Origin: Escherichia phage CMS-2020a
Strand: one strand, 5' to 3'
Sequence record: CP053388.1
DNA length: 64,000 bases
Made by a program: the position numbers and the translations under genes. The notes beneath the pieces are model-generated. The model was not told the origin of the DNA. It saw nothing but the letters and a program-made list of their open reading frames with translations, and did no database searches. Below, piece by piece: positions 29,605 to 39,002 of this stretch (the first letter of the stretch is position 1; each line of letters begins with the position of its first letter).

Positions 29605-29871
29605 TTACATCACCAGTAACTTCGCTTTGGCTCGACCTAAAGTAGTTAACCCAAGAGTTCGGCGGTGATAGCGATTGTCACTGCGTTGGCGCGTATGCCC
29701 TTTCTCCACCAGCCCCTTTTTTATCAGAGCGCGAATTGAGAACTGGATACTTTGCTTGGTTGTCTTGTACGGCAAAACTTCAAGCAATTCGTCCAGGTCA
29801 AGTAGATGACCTCGCTCATAACCGAGATTGAGCGTTTTGATGATGTCCTTTTGTTTATCGGTTAACGTCAT
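29605..29871 (-). CDS. small winged-helix DNA-binding protein (putative regulator)
   Basis: 88 aa; helix-turn-helix-like segment and basic C-terminus. Confidence 0.45.
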   Translation of the reverse strand: MTLTDKQKDIIKTLNLGYERGHLLDLDELLEVLPYKTTKQSIQFSIRALIKKGLVEKGHTRQRSDNRYHRRTLGLTTLGRAKAKLLVM

Positions 29872-29880
29872 GGCAAATCC

Positions 29881-30780
29881 TTATGCCGGTAAAGCAATTT
29901 CTAACGGTTTATCCAAAGGTTGTTTGTCGAATGCCAGCAGTGGCAGCGTGTCAGGCAGTCGACGACCAAAGTCAGGGTTTCGATACACACCATACAACGG
30001 AGACGTAAAGCTCAGGTTGTGAATGTCCTTGAGCAGCTTCACAATGCTGGCCTCGTCCACCAGACTGTCGGCAATGTCCTGAATCGTCGTGCCACGATTC
30101 CGCCCAGCTTTTGCCAGGGAACTGTTCTTGTGGTAGTCCGCCACCAGATCACGCAGTGCACGGCGACGACGAGACTCGCTCATAGCGAACAACTCTTTGA
30201 CGATCGCCTCGTTATCACCCGGGTCGGAGCGGAAATGGCGCTGGAACACACGCAGTGCACTTTCATAGCTCTTCGGTCGCTCAGGGCGGATGAACTTAAA
30301 CCCTGCTTTCATGGCGAAGGGATTGTATTTGCTCATCGATGACTGGATCTCAATGATTGGCCGGTCATGCATCCTGCTAACCAGGTTAATCATTCGATAA
30401 GAGACGCCTACGCCACGGTACTGAGTATCCACAACTGAGCGGCTGATCACCGCAAAGTTGTTATTCACGTACCGGCCCCAGTACTGGTTAGCCACGGTGG
30501 TATTGGTAGTTGGTTTCAACTTAGGAAACATGCGATGGCGAGGTGCCAGCAGAAGTTTCGGGTAAGCCATAACCACGACGCCCACCAGACGGTCATCCAG
30601 TTCGCAGCGATAGTATGTTGGCGCGAAAGGTTTGCCGTCTGTTTTGTAGTGAAGCGATTTAAGAGCGTGCCAGTCCTCTACAGTTCCCTTTGTGACAGTC
30701 ATTCGCTCCAGAAAGTCCAGATGACGCGGAAACTCTTCAGGGCGGTAGCGTTTGATGATGATATCTGCCATCTCGATCAC
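29881..30780 (-). CDS. GNAT-like acetyltransferase-fold protein (function unknown)
   Basis: VVDTQYRGVGVSYRMINL resembles the GNAT acetyl-CoA-binding motif. Confidence 0.45.
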   Translation of the reverse strand: MIEMADIIIKRYRPEEFPRHLDFLERMTVTKGTVEDWHALKSLHYKTDGKPFAPTYYRCELDDRLVGVVVMAYPKLLLAPRHRMFPKLKPTTNTTVANQYWGRYVNNNFAVISRSVVDTQYRGVGVSYRMINLVSRMHDRPIIEIQSSMSKYNPFAMKAGFKFIRPERPKSYESALRVFQRHFRSDPGDNEAIVKELFAMSESRRRRALRDLVADYHKNSSLAKAGRNRGTTIQDIADSLVDEASIVKLLKDIHNLSFTSPLYGVYRNPDFGRRLPDTLPLLAFDKQPLDKPLEIALPA

Positions 30781-31031
30781 CTGCGCTCGATATTGGCATT
30801 GATGAAATCCAGGCGAAGAGACTCCATCGCCCCTACCATGACATACGGGCGCCCGCCGTTATGCCAGCAATCAAGAACACTGCCGTCGTTGTTGATCATC
30901 AACAGCGCCAGGCTCTGGCTTTTTCCTTCTCTGGCGTGCTGAAGTGCTTCTTCCAGCAGGCGGATGACTTCCACGTTGTTGTTATCAGTCTCTTTCGATG
31001 GCTTCAGCTCTACGATCTTCAAATCAGGCAT
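30777..31031 (-). CDS. hypothetical protein
   Basis: 84-aa ORF translationally coupled to flanking genes. Confidence 0.4.
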   Translation of the reverse strand: MPDLKIVELKPSKETDNNNVEVIRLLEEALQHAREGKSQSLALLMINNDGSVLDCWHNGGRPYVMVGAMESLRLDFINANIERR

Positions 31032-31662
31032 ATTCCACCTTCACGCGTTCTTTGTAGTGCTTGGTGATCTGCATATCCGGGCGCAGCGCGTTCTTCAGGT
31101 CTTCGTGAGTCGTCGCCACCATTACCGTCGCACCAACCTTTCGAGCGGCACGCTGGAGGTTAGATGCCACAACCTGAGCGGTTACACGGTCGAGAACAGC
31201 GCCGAACTCGTCAGCAGCCCACACTTTAGCGCCTGACTCAATCAGTTTGGCAATCTTGAGACGATATTTCTGACCGTCTGACATTTCAGAAGGCTTGCGA
31301 ACAAACAGATATGCATCGTTCAGACCAGCCATAGATAACAACCCAAGCGCATCACTGGTAGTTTTGCCCAGTTGGTCAATGACGTTAACCTCATTATCGA
31401 AGGTAAAATCATCGATGGAGGCCACAGATAGCCCTTCATCCTTCATCTGGTGTTGCAGCTCGCGCAGCACAACGGATTTGCCGGAACCGGATTGGCCGGT
31501 AATGTACACCACATCGCCCTGCTTCACTTCCAGCTCCAGATTGTCGTAAAGCGTCCACTCTTTTTCGTCCAGGCCAAGCCCGAACGACTCAGCGATTTCC
31601 AACGTGCGCGTGGTTTTATTTACGCGTGTCTGAAACGATACGTTGATGATGTATTTGCTCAT
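31024..31662 (-). CDS. stand-alone ABC-type ATPase
   Basis: Walker A GQSGSGKS, signature-like MSDGQKYRL, Walker B VWAADE, H-loop TTHE. Confidence 0.7.
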   Translation of the reverse strand: MSKYIINVSFQTRVNKTTRTLEIAESFGLGLDEKEWTLYDNLELEVKQGDVVYITGQSGSGKSVVLRELQHQMKDEGLSVASIDDFTFDNEVNVIDQLGKTTSDALGLLSMAGLNDAYLFVRKPSEMSDGQKYRLKIAKLIESGAKVWAADEFGAVLDRVTAQVVASNLQRAARKVGATVMVATTHEDLKNALRPDMQITKHYKERVKVEYA

Positions 31663-32360
31663 GCAGCCATCTCCCCGGAAGAGATCTTCTCCGCATATGC
31701 CACAAATGCGTCTACCCCGCTTTCTCCCGTCATTTCTTCCATGTGGGCAAGCAAATCACCAACAACAATGGCAGAGCCAGCAGGGAGCGTTTTAAAGCCC
31801 AATACGTCGACAACACGTACTTCTTCCGCTGCAACTTCACGACTGATCTCGGTGTGTTCATCCTTCTGTCGTTTAGTTTCTTCGCCAAGATCGATAACTA
31901 GCGAGTCGGTGTCCATTTCTTCTGTCATACTGCCAACGAGAACATTCAACTCACGCTCTTCAAAGCCGAAAACCTCGATATCGTCCAGAACAAGCGACTC
32001 AAGCTCTTTCTGTAGCTTAATTGCATCGTAATCAATGCTGGCAAGTCGGTTATCTTCAAGGCGCTTCGCACGAACCTCGTCATCACTGAGATCATCGCGA
32101 ACAATAACCGGTACGCGCTCAAGTCCAGCAAAAATTGCAGCCTCACGGCGGCCGTGGCCAGTAATAATTACGTCGTTCTTATCGACCGTAATTGGCTGGT
32201 CAAATCCGCGCTTTTTAATGGCTGCGGCTAGATCTCGGATCTGCTGTTCATCATGCTTTTTGGCATTCATCTCATAGGGAATAAGATCTGCCGGGTCGCG
32301 ATATACGATTTCAAACTTTTTGGTCATTACATACGCTCCTTGTAGTAGTCGACCAGCCAT
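31659..32360 (-). CDS. ParB-like nuclease-domain protein
   Basis: ITGHGRREAAIFAG ParB/Srx-type motif. Confidence 0.65.
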   Translation of the reverse strand: MAGRLLQGAYVMTKKFEIVYRDPADLIPYEMNAKKHDEQQIRDLAAAIKKRGFDQPITVDKNDVIITGHGRREAAIFAGLERVPVIVRDDLSDDEVRAKRLEDNRLASIDYDAIKLQKELESLVLDDIEVFGFEERELNVLVGSMTEEMDTDSLVIDLGEETKRQKDEHTEISREVAAEEVRVVDVLGFKTLPAGSAIVVGDLLAHMEEMTGESGVDAFVAYAEKISSGEMAA

Positions 32361-33025
32361 ACCAGAGCCTCACCAGCGTTCTCCATTTCATTACCGGTGT
32401 TAATAGCCTGCTCTTTGATGATGTTTTTTATGGTTTCTGCAACACGATCTGACGCATCGAAAGTTACTTTGAAGCGCATGGTCTGATGTTCCGCACCCAC
32501 ACGTTCGGTTTTCTCTCGTTTGTCGGTATCGACAGGCTCATCACTACCACGAGACAACGCCTCCAGTGCTTCAAGGTCGATTGCCGCCTCTTTTGCTAAA
32601 ACCATCGAGATTTCGTCGTCATACGGGGCGATTTCAGACAGTTGATAGTCAAGTTCTGACTGAATTTCTTCAATGAAGCGTTGCAATGCGATTTGGTCGT
32701 CTTCACCGTATCGCTCGTTGTCCACCAGTGACATCTGTTTAGCTACGACATCGCTAATTTTGCCCACAGAAAGCACCGGAACCGTTGAAATTCCTTGCTC
32801 AATAGCAGCACGCCAGCGATGTTCGCCGCCGAGGATTTCAAAAAATCCATCTTCAAGTTCACGAGCCAAAATTGGCTTAAAAAAGCCCAATTTTTCGATA
32901 GAACCTTTCAGTTTTTCAAAATTCTGCGCACCAACCGAATTGGTGTTCCAGGTATTCGGGCGAAGGTTGGCAACATCAACCTGCAAAATCGTGATTTTTA
33001 CATCCATTTTATTGCTACAATCCAC
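32327..33025 (-). CDS. ParB-like nuclease-domain protein (second paralogue)
   Basis: ILGGEHRWRAAIEQG ParB/Srx-type motif. Confidence 0.65.
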   Translation of the reverse strand: MDCSNKMDVKITILQVDVANLRPNTWNTNSVGAQNFEKLKGSIEKLGFFKPILARELEDGFFEILGGEHRWRAAIEQGISTVPVLSVGKISDVVAKQMSLVDNERYGEDDQIALQRFIEEIQSELDYQLSEIAPYDDEISMVLAKEAAIDLEALEALSRGSDEPVDTDKREKTERVGAEHQTMRFKVTFDASDRVAETIKNIIKEQAINTGNEMENAGEALVWLVDYYKERM

Positions 33026-33045
33026 TAAGTAATCACTTACTTATT
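33025..33045. promoter_or_regulatory. motif B-type palindrome in divergent intergenic region
   Basis: ctaagtaatcacttacttatt between the ParB-like gene (-) and the helicase gene (+). Confidence 0.45.
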
Positions 33046-33089
33046 ATAATAGCCAAATAACATACAAAAGGCACTAAGGAAAGAGGTTT

Positions 33090-34649
33090 ATGACTGTTCG
33101 GATTGTATCTAACGCAGTAAATGCGCTTATTTCTGGCGCAGATGACAAGGTAAAGCAACTGGTGCAGCAAATGTTGAGCTACGAAGTCGAGACTGGCGAC
33201 TGGAAGGGCACAAGCACGATGTTCAACTGGAGTAAAAACTCGTTCCCTGCTGGCTTTGCCAAGCCTGTAGCGGCGAACTTGAACAAGGCGGGCATCAAAT
33301 GTGTTCATATCCGCAAAGACAAAGCCCCGGCGCTTGGTAAACCAAATCCGGCGGTTAACCCATTCCCATACAATCCTGATTATGCGTATCAGGATCAGAC
33401 TGTGGAAACACTGGTTCGAGAGGGAATGATGATTGCGCAGATCGCTACTGGTGGCGGGAAATCTAACGTTGCCTGCAAAGCAGCTGCACGTATCGGTCGA
33501 ATGACATTATTTTTAACAACTCGCTCTGTTCTGATGTTTCAAATGGCCGAAAACTTCCAGAGATCCATCGACTACCGCGCCGAAAATGGCGAACCGTGGT
33601 TAAAGGGCCAAAAGGTTGGAGTCATTGGCTCGGGTGAGTTCCAGGTATCACGACATATCAACGTCGCTACAGTTCAAACTCTGGCAAGTTTCCTTGAAGA
33701 ACCACCACGCGATGCAACACCAGATAAAAAGAGCTACCATCTCAAACGTCGGGAGTTGGTGAAACGCTTCCTTTCAAGTGTGTCTCTGCTTATTCTGGAA
33801 GAAGCGCATGAGTCTTCAGGCTCTAATTTCTATGACATTGCCAGATTATGTGTGAACGCAGACTATCGTCTGGCGCTTACAGCCACGCCGTTCATGAAGG
33901 ATTCGACGGAAGCCAACATGCGCCTGATGGCGGTGGCCGGGCGAATTGAAATTAAAGTCACAGAAAAGTACCTGATTGATCGAGGCATTCTGGCAAAGCC
34001 GTACTTCCTTTATCATAAAGTTGCCTACAAGCCAGACGAGGCCAGAATCAAGGCCGAACTTGCCAACAAACACCTCAATTTTAGAGTTGGTATGAGCACC
34101 GCCTACCAAAAGGCTTATCAGTTGGGGATCGTGTATAATTTGGGACGTAACGAGGCCATAGTGCGCGAGGCATTGCTTTATAAGCAACATTCACTCAACT
34201 GCATGACTCTGGTTCGTCTTAAACGCCACGGGCAAATCCTGATGGAGATGATGAAGGAGTCAGGTCTTAAAGTTGATTTCATCTATGGGGAATCTAACCA
34301 GACGACAAGGCAAGCAAAGCTGAATAGTTTAGCGTCTGGTGAAATAGATGTTTTAATAGGCTCGACTATTCTGGATGTTGGTGTTGATGTGCCAAGCGTT
34401 GGTGCGGTCATTCTTGCTGGTGGTGGGAAAGCAGAAGTTGAAATGAGACAGCGTGTCGGTCGTGGCTTACGAGCCAAAAAAAATCAGGCAAACGTGTGTT
34501 TTATCACTGATTTCATTGACATTAGCAACAAATACCTGTTGTCTCACTCTTATGAGCGAAAACACATCATCGACACCACACCTGGCTTTGCAGAAGGTGT
34601 ATTGCCTATTGATGGAGCATTCGATTTTGGAGTTCTGAAACGAGATTAG
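33090..34649 (+). CDS. SF2 (DEAD/DEAH-type) helicase
   Basis: Walker A ATGGGKS, DExH-like LEEAHE, C-terminal helicase domain motifs. Confidence 0.8.
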   Translation: MTVRIVSNAVNALISGADDKVKQLVQQMLSYEVETGDWKGTSTMFNWSKNSFPAGFAKPVAANLNKAGIKCVHIRKDKAPALGKPNPAVNPFPYNPDYAYQDQTVETLVREGMMIAQIATGGGKSNVACKAAARIGRMTLFLTTRSVLMFQMAENFQRSIDYRAENGEPWLKGQKVGVIGSGEFQVSRHINVATVQTLASFLEEPPRDATPDKKSYHLKRRELVKRFLSSVSLLILEEAHESSGSNFYDIARLCVNADYRLALTATPFMKDSTEANMRLMAVAGRIEIKVTEKYLIDRGILAKPYFLYHKVAYKPDEARIKAELANKHLNFRVGMSTAYQKAYQLGIVYNLGRNEAIVREALLYKQHSLNCMTLVRLKRHGQILMEMMKESGLKVDFIYGESNQTTRQAKLNSLASGEIDVLIGSTILDVGVDVPSVGAVILAGGGKAEVEMRQRVGRGLRAKKNQANVCFITDFIDISNKYLLSHSYERKHIIDTTPGFAEGVLPIDGAFDFGVLKRD

Positions 34650-34651
34650 TT

Positions 34652-34930
34652 ATGAGTGAAAAGAAAACAACTTACTGTCAGGTAGCATTGTCTGATAAGG
34701 CCAATGACAAACTTGGAAAGTTTCAAGTGAAACTAAAAGAAAAAAATATCAAAATGTCTAAGGCTGAAGTCATAAATACCATTCTGGAACAATTGACAAT
34801 GGCCGACTTTGACAAGGTTATATCTTCTGTCGGGGCTTCCGCTAAGACTCGTGAGAAAATCATGCGTATCTATGAGAACTCTAATATGACAAAGGAAGAT
34901 CTCGAAACGCTATTAAGCAGATTAAAATAA
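34652..34930 (+). CDS. hypothetical protein
   Basis: 92-aa ORF, Lys-rich. Confidence 0.45.
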   Translation: MSEKKTTYCQVALSDKANDKLGKFQVKLKEKNIKMSKAEVINTILEQLTMADFDKVISSVGASAKTREKIMRIYENSNMTKEDLETLLSRLK

Positions 34931-34956
34931 TCACGCTATCAATTAGGGAGACAAAG

Positions 34957-35421
34957 ATGAAGTCTCCCATACTGTTCACTTTCTGTTCTAAAACTATCAT
35001 GAAATACTCGCTTCTCCCTCTACTAACGTTACCAGTGTTGATGCTTACCGCGTGCCAATCACGCCCAATATCAATCCATGACGCCAAACCAGCACCGCAG
35101 GCCAAAGTGTTCAAGTATCAAAGCGCAGCGCCAGCTACGTTGGTGGTAATGAGAGACACAGGTTTTGTAGGAGCTGGATGTGATGCTTCCATTTTCATCA
35201 ACGGCGAAACTGTCGCAAAACTGGCTACAGGCGAAAAAGCGACTTTCCATTTAAATGCCGGAGTATTAATTGTGGGTGCATCTCTTGAAGGTGCAGGTTT
35301 ATGTGCTCTAAACCCCGCTCGTCAAGAGCGAGAAACGACTCTGAAGAATGGAGACACAAAAGCGTTCAGGGTGTTCACCAGCAATTCTGGTGACATCGAC
35401 ATTCTGCCAACAACTCTGTGA
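34957..35421 (+). CDS. putative lipoprotein
   Basis: GGGAG RBS; signal peptide with LTAC lipobox. Confidence 0.55.
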   Translation: MKSPILFTFCSKTIMKYSLLPLLTLPVLMLTACQSRPISIHDAKPAPQAKVFKYQSAAPATLVVMRDTGFVGAGCDASIFINGETVAKLATGEKATFHLNAGVLIVGASLEGAGLCALNPARQERETTLKNGDTKAFRVFTSNSGDIDILPTTL

Positions 35422-35425
35422 TGAC

Positions 35426-35950
35426 ATGACAACCAAAGATATTACCTACGGTATCCAAGCTGAACTCTGGCCGCGAGATTACACTAACGTTGAAAAACTA
35501 CTGATGTTCTGGCGCAGAGAACAAATTCCTGTAAGGGTCACTCTCGAAGATGGCCAGGCGTTTTGCATGTACGTTTATGGCCTCATGCCATCTCGTAACA
35601 AAGTTGACCTTTGCCCAGCCCCTTTTGACAAAGAAAATCGTATAAGGCTCCCACTTGAACGCATTAGTACAATTGAATCAGGTGTGGTTGACAGTATCGC
35701 TCACGATTTCAAAGGTCGACTAACAGTTCACCCTGATTATGTCGATAATCGGCCATCACGCCGCGATTTTTTTGCAATTTGCAACCAAGCCTACAAAGCA
35801 AACAAATCTATAAGGGTGTACATGGCGGATGGCCGTGAAATTGAGGGGGTGTCAGCAGGTGCAGATGCTTGTCAGGTTACACTACGTGTCGAGAACGGTA
35901 GAAAAATAGTTGTTTTGTTCGATTGGGTTGAACGAATTTTGCCTTTTTGA
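35426..35950 (+). CDS. hypothetical protein
   Basis: ORF starting MTTKDITYG after lipoprotein stop. Confidence 0.45.
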   Translation: MTTKDITYGIQAELWPRDYTNVEKLLMFWRREQIPVRVTLEDGQAFCMYVYGLMPSRNKVDLCPAPFDKENRIRLPLERISTIESGVVDSIAHDFKGRLTVHPDYVDNRPSRRDFFAICNQAYKANKSIRVYMADGREIEGVSAGADACQVTLRVENGRKIVVLFDWVERILPF

Positions 35951-35953
35951 GTT

Positions 35954-36262
35954 ATGAAATCGATATTGTTACCACCATTATTTTTACTTTGCTCAGTTGC
36001 AGCAAATGCAATGGACTATAAGCCTGTCATTCAGTCGCTGATGAATGACGTGTGCTCAACGTCTCAGAATGTATCAGTTTGCATGTATCAATTTTCGGCA
36101 GCCGTAAAAGCAGGAAAAGCGATAGGCGAGAATGTGGAACTGTGTAAGAAAGTGGCAAATGAAGAACGGGCAATGTTGGATTGCGAATCTAGCGAGTCAT
36201 CGGCACAGTTCGTTGATGCGCTATTTGACACCAATCGTAAGGCTGTAGAGTCTGTTCAATAA
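35954..36262 (+). CDS. small secreted Cys-containing protein
   Basis: N-terminal signal peptide, several Cys. Confidence 0.5.
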   Translation: MKSILLPPLFLLCSVAANAMDYKPVIQSLMNDVCSTSQNVSVCMYQFSAAVKAGKAIGENVELCKKVANEERAMLDCESSESSAQFVDALFDTNRKAVESVQ

Positions 36263-36274
36263 ATCTATAAGGTT

Positions 36275-36306
36275 AATAACCGGCTAAGTCCGGTTATTAT
36301 TTTTCA
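36275..36306 (+). terminator. rho-independent terminator
   Basis: aataaccggctaagtccggttatt followed by T-run. Confidence 0.7.
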
Positions 36307-36453
36307 CATCACTTCTTTATATCTACAAATCAAATAACCTAAATATATATAAGGTCTAAAGCCGCAATCGATTATTTATTTAGGGAACACCTTCGACGAT
36401 CTCGCTTTTATTTCTAGGACTTTCATCCCTGCAAAAAATTTTAAAAAAAACAC

Positions 36454-36481
36454 TTGCAATCTTTTTTCGTATATCGATAAT
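36454..36481 (+). promoter_or_regulatory. sigma70-type promoter candidate for 36547-37701 cassette
   Basis: TTGCAA, 16-bp spacer, GATAAT; A/T-rich upstream tract. Confidence 0.45.
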
Positions 36482-36546
36482 TGAACTCGTCGAAAGCGAA
36501 GACGCTAACGACAATAAATTTTAAATTTACATAAGGAAAAATCATC

Positions 36547-37197
36547 ATGGCTAACATTATCATTTCTAAAAAATCCATCGTTGAAGCTGCTTCCATTGTA
36601 TCCGATGAACTGCGCGAAAAAGCAGATCTGGCAACTCAAACATACAACGAACATTATAAAAATGGTACGCACACTAAAGCAGACAAAGCAAATATGCAAG
36701 CTGCGACCACTAAACTAGCTTACTTCATCAACAACGTTGTAAACGCTGTAGAAGACGAAAAATTGTGCTCTGTTTTCTACTATGCGATTAAAGCAAGCAA
36801 ACAAGCGCCAGAAGTATTTTTTCGTGATGCAATGACTAATAGTTATTCTCTGGAAAAACTGGTTTATCTGGTTAAATCAATTAAATCTGGTAAATGCATT
36901 TATTCCATCGCTGATATGTCTGGATCTCGTGTATTCGCTTTAATCGATATGATTAACGACGAGATCGACACGTTCACCAATGGCGCTGTTTTCGATTTAA
37001 TGAATGAAGCTAAAAAAGCGTGTGAAATTAAATTGGACGCTGGCTATACTCAAGCCAACCAGTTGATCAATCTTTGCGAACGTCTCGGACTTGTTGAAAA
37101 AGTCAAAGGAGCTGGGAGCGCCAAAGCTGGTACACAGCAATATCGCTTTATCAAGAATGATTTCTACAATTATTTAGCTGATGCTTTTAAAGCGTAA
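36547..37197 (+). CDS. hypothetical protein (cassette gene 1)
   Basis: 216 aa, strong RBS TAAGGAAAAA. Confidence 0.6.
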   Translation: MANIIISKKSIVEAASIVSDELREKADLATQTYNEHYKNGTHTKADKANMQAATTKLAYFINNVVNAVEDEKLCSVFYYAIKASKQAPEVFFRDAMTNSYSLEKLVYLVKSIKSGKCIYSIADMSGSRVFALIDMINDEIDTFTNGAVFDLMNEAKKACEIKLDAGYTQANQLINLCERLGLVEKVKGAGSAKAGTQQYRFIKNDFYNYLADAFKA

Positions 37198-37245
37198 TTA
37201 ATGGAATCAAGCGCCCACAATGGGCGCTTTAAAGGAGCTTTAAAG

Positions 37246-37449
37246 ATGGTCAGCTATGACAAGATCCGCGCAGAATATCGCGCAAATTATCGCGCTTATA
37301 AACTGGAATTAATCGACGATTTGATCGCGCAACGCGACCAATTAAATTTTACGTTTTCTGATTTGCTTAACAGCAAGCGAGATTGCAAGCGCAAACGTGA
37401 ATACTTACGCTTAAGCGCATTAATCGGAAAACTTCAAAATTCTATTTAA
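37246..37449 (+). CDS. hypothetical small protein (cassette gene 2)
   Basis: AAGGAG RBS, preceded by hairpin agcgcccacaatgggcgct. Confidence 0.45.
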   Translation: MVSYDKIRAEYRANYRAYKLELIDDLIAQRDQLNFTFSDLLNSKRDCKRKREYLRLSALIGKLQNSI

Positions 37450-37470
37450 TTTTTTTTAAGGAGCTTAATC

Positions 37471-37701
37471 ATGTTTGTTCTTATCGCTGGCGTTAACGTC
37501 CATAATGAATATTATGTTAATCGCATCGCTGGGATCGCTGGTTACGCTGGGCGCGTAGTCGAGCTTATAGACGAAACGACGCGCAAAATTGACTTATTGA
37601 GCGACCAGGAGCGAAAAAAAGCAGACGTGAACGACGCTGATATATTTTTAATGTTAAAAGCGTTCGTAGAAATGGGATTTAAAATCAGTTTACACAAATA
37701 A
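37471..37701 (+). CDS. hypothetical small protein (cassette gene 3)
   Basis: AAGGAG RBS; followed by terminator. Confidence 0.45.
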   Translation: MFVLIAGVNVHNEYYVNRIAGIAGYAGRVVELIDETTRKIDLLSDQERKKADVNDADIFLMLKAFVEMGFKISLHK

Positions 37702-37705
37702 AATC

Positions 37706-37731
37706 GAGCGCCCACTATGGGCGCTTTTTTC
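37706..37731 (+). terminator. rho-independent terminator
   Basis: agcgcccactatgggcgct plus TTTTTT. Confidence 0.75.
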
Positions 37732-37751
37732 GTTTCCAATACACCTACCAT

Positions 37752-37777
37752 AACGCGCCAATGATGGCGCGTTTTTA
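37752..37777 (+). terminator. second tandem terminator hairpin
   Basis: aacgcgccaatgatggcgcgttttt. Confidence 0.6.
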
Positions 37778-38317
37778 TTGTCTTTAACTCACTCCAACAA
37801 CATAAAAATAAGCGCCAAAATAACGCCATAGACGCGCTTTTATATCCTTACCAGTACATGCCCATTACTTAACACATTAACGCGCTTAAAACGCGTTATA
37901 TTGCGCTATAGAGTATGGTTAATCATTGGCTTTTAGTCTTGCTATGTGATCCGCGCTTATTTGTCGGTGCGGATCGGTATTTTGTTTTGTTCTGTATCCG
38001 CTCGCGTATTATGTGCGCGTGATTTTTCACTTAATCACACCACTTAATCACGTATGTGATTATGCTACGAAAGAAATCTGGATGTCTCAGGTGACGAAAG
38101 TCATCATAATTTTCCCCGCTCACCTGTCCGACAACCGCTGGTTGGATTCCACCAGCTTCCCGATGTTTTTTCTACACAAAGGCGAATGCAGCCGTTTCCC
38201 GAAAAAATCCTGGCCGTTCCCCCGTCGGCTCATGAATACGTTCCTCGCCGCTTCTGAAAATTTCCCTGCGGCAGCTGGTGGCTATAGAGAAAGGGCCGTT
38301 TCTGGCCCTCTTCTCAG

Positions 38318-38800
38318 TTACACGCCATCAAGGATGTGGATGCGGTTGCTTGCGTATACATTCAGCATAAAGTTAGCGCAAAACAGTTTCCATGTATCAA
38401 CGCCAGCGGTATACGTAATGTTTTTGCATTTAATCGCATTGTTGGCGATCCGCATCCCCTGCGATACTGCTTCATCGTCGGAAAATTTGAACGACGATTG
38501 AGTTTTAATCCAGACAGAAATCTGCGTAGCGAACTCAATCAGCTTGGACTGGCAGAATCGCCCGGAGCGCACCGGAAAGACGAACGTTCCGAATCCAGAA
38601 TTTACCACATATGCTTTCTCAAATACCCTCGAGTAACGACGATTGCCAATGATGTCGCGTGCAATAATGCATTTTTCTTGTGCTGACAGTTCTACCGTCT
38701 CATTGTCGCGCCATGCACCAAGTACTCGTTTTTCAATGTCAGAGAACGTTACAGCGATATTGCCATGTGCGGGTGCGTTTACAGTAGCGATAAAATTCAT
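38318..38800 (-). CDS. hypothetical protein
   Basis: 160-aa ORF with TAAGGAA RBS and motif A upstream. Confidence 0.5.
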   Translation of the reverse strand: MNFIATVNAPAHGNIAVTFSDIEKRVLGAWRDNETVELSAQEKCIIARDIIGNRRYSRVFEKAYVVNSGFGTFVFPVRSGRFCQSKLIEFATQISVWIKTQSSFKFSDDEAVSQGMRIANNAIKCKNITYTAGVDTWKLFCANFMLNVYASNRIHILDGV

Positions 38801-38821
38801 GATTAATTCCTTATCGTAAAT

Positions 38822-38842
38822 AACAAATTGTTTTCTTGTTGG
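38822..38842. promoter_or_regulatory. motif A
   Basis: aacaaattgttttcttgttgg about 20 nt upstream of ATG. Confidence 0.55.
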
Positions 38843-38882
38843 TGTTAATTATCGTTGTACGAATAAGGCGTCAAAGTGGAAA

Positions 38883-38955
38883 GTTGCGGTAGCCGGACGG
38901 GAACAGGTGGGTTTGTCGGTTGCCTGGAGGTAAGAGGTTGGTGTTTTTAGCCTGC
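38883..38955. repeat. ~75-bp GT-rich repeat, copy 1
   Basis: About 75% identical to 42055-42130 (cggtagcc..aggtgggt..tcggt.gcctg..aagaggttggt). Confidence 0.6.
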
Positions 38956-39002
38956 GGGAAACAAGATGGTCATTTAAGGCCACCAATGCTGATGGCCTTA
39001 AT

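Noticed and set aside
37700-37900. Series of similar hairpins considered as a possible CRISPR-like array
   Set aside because: Units are not identical, spacing is irregular, there are no cas genes; better explained as stacked terminators.
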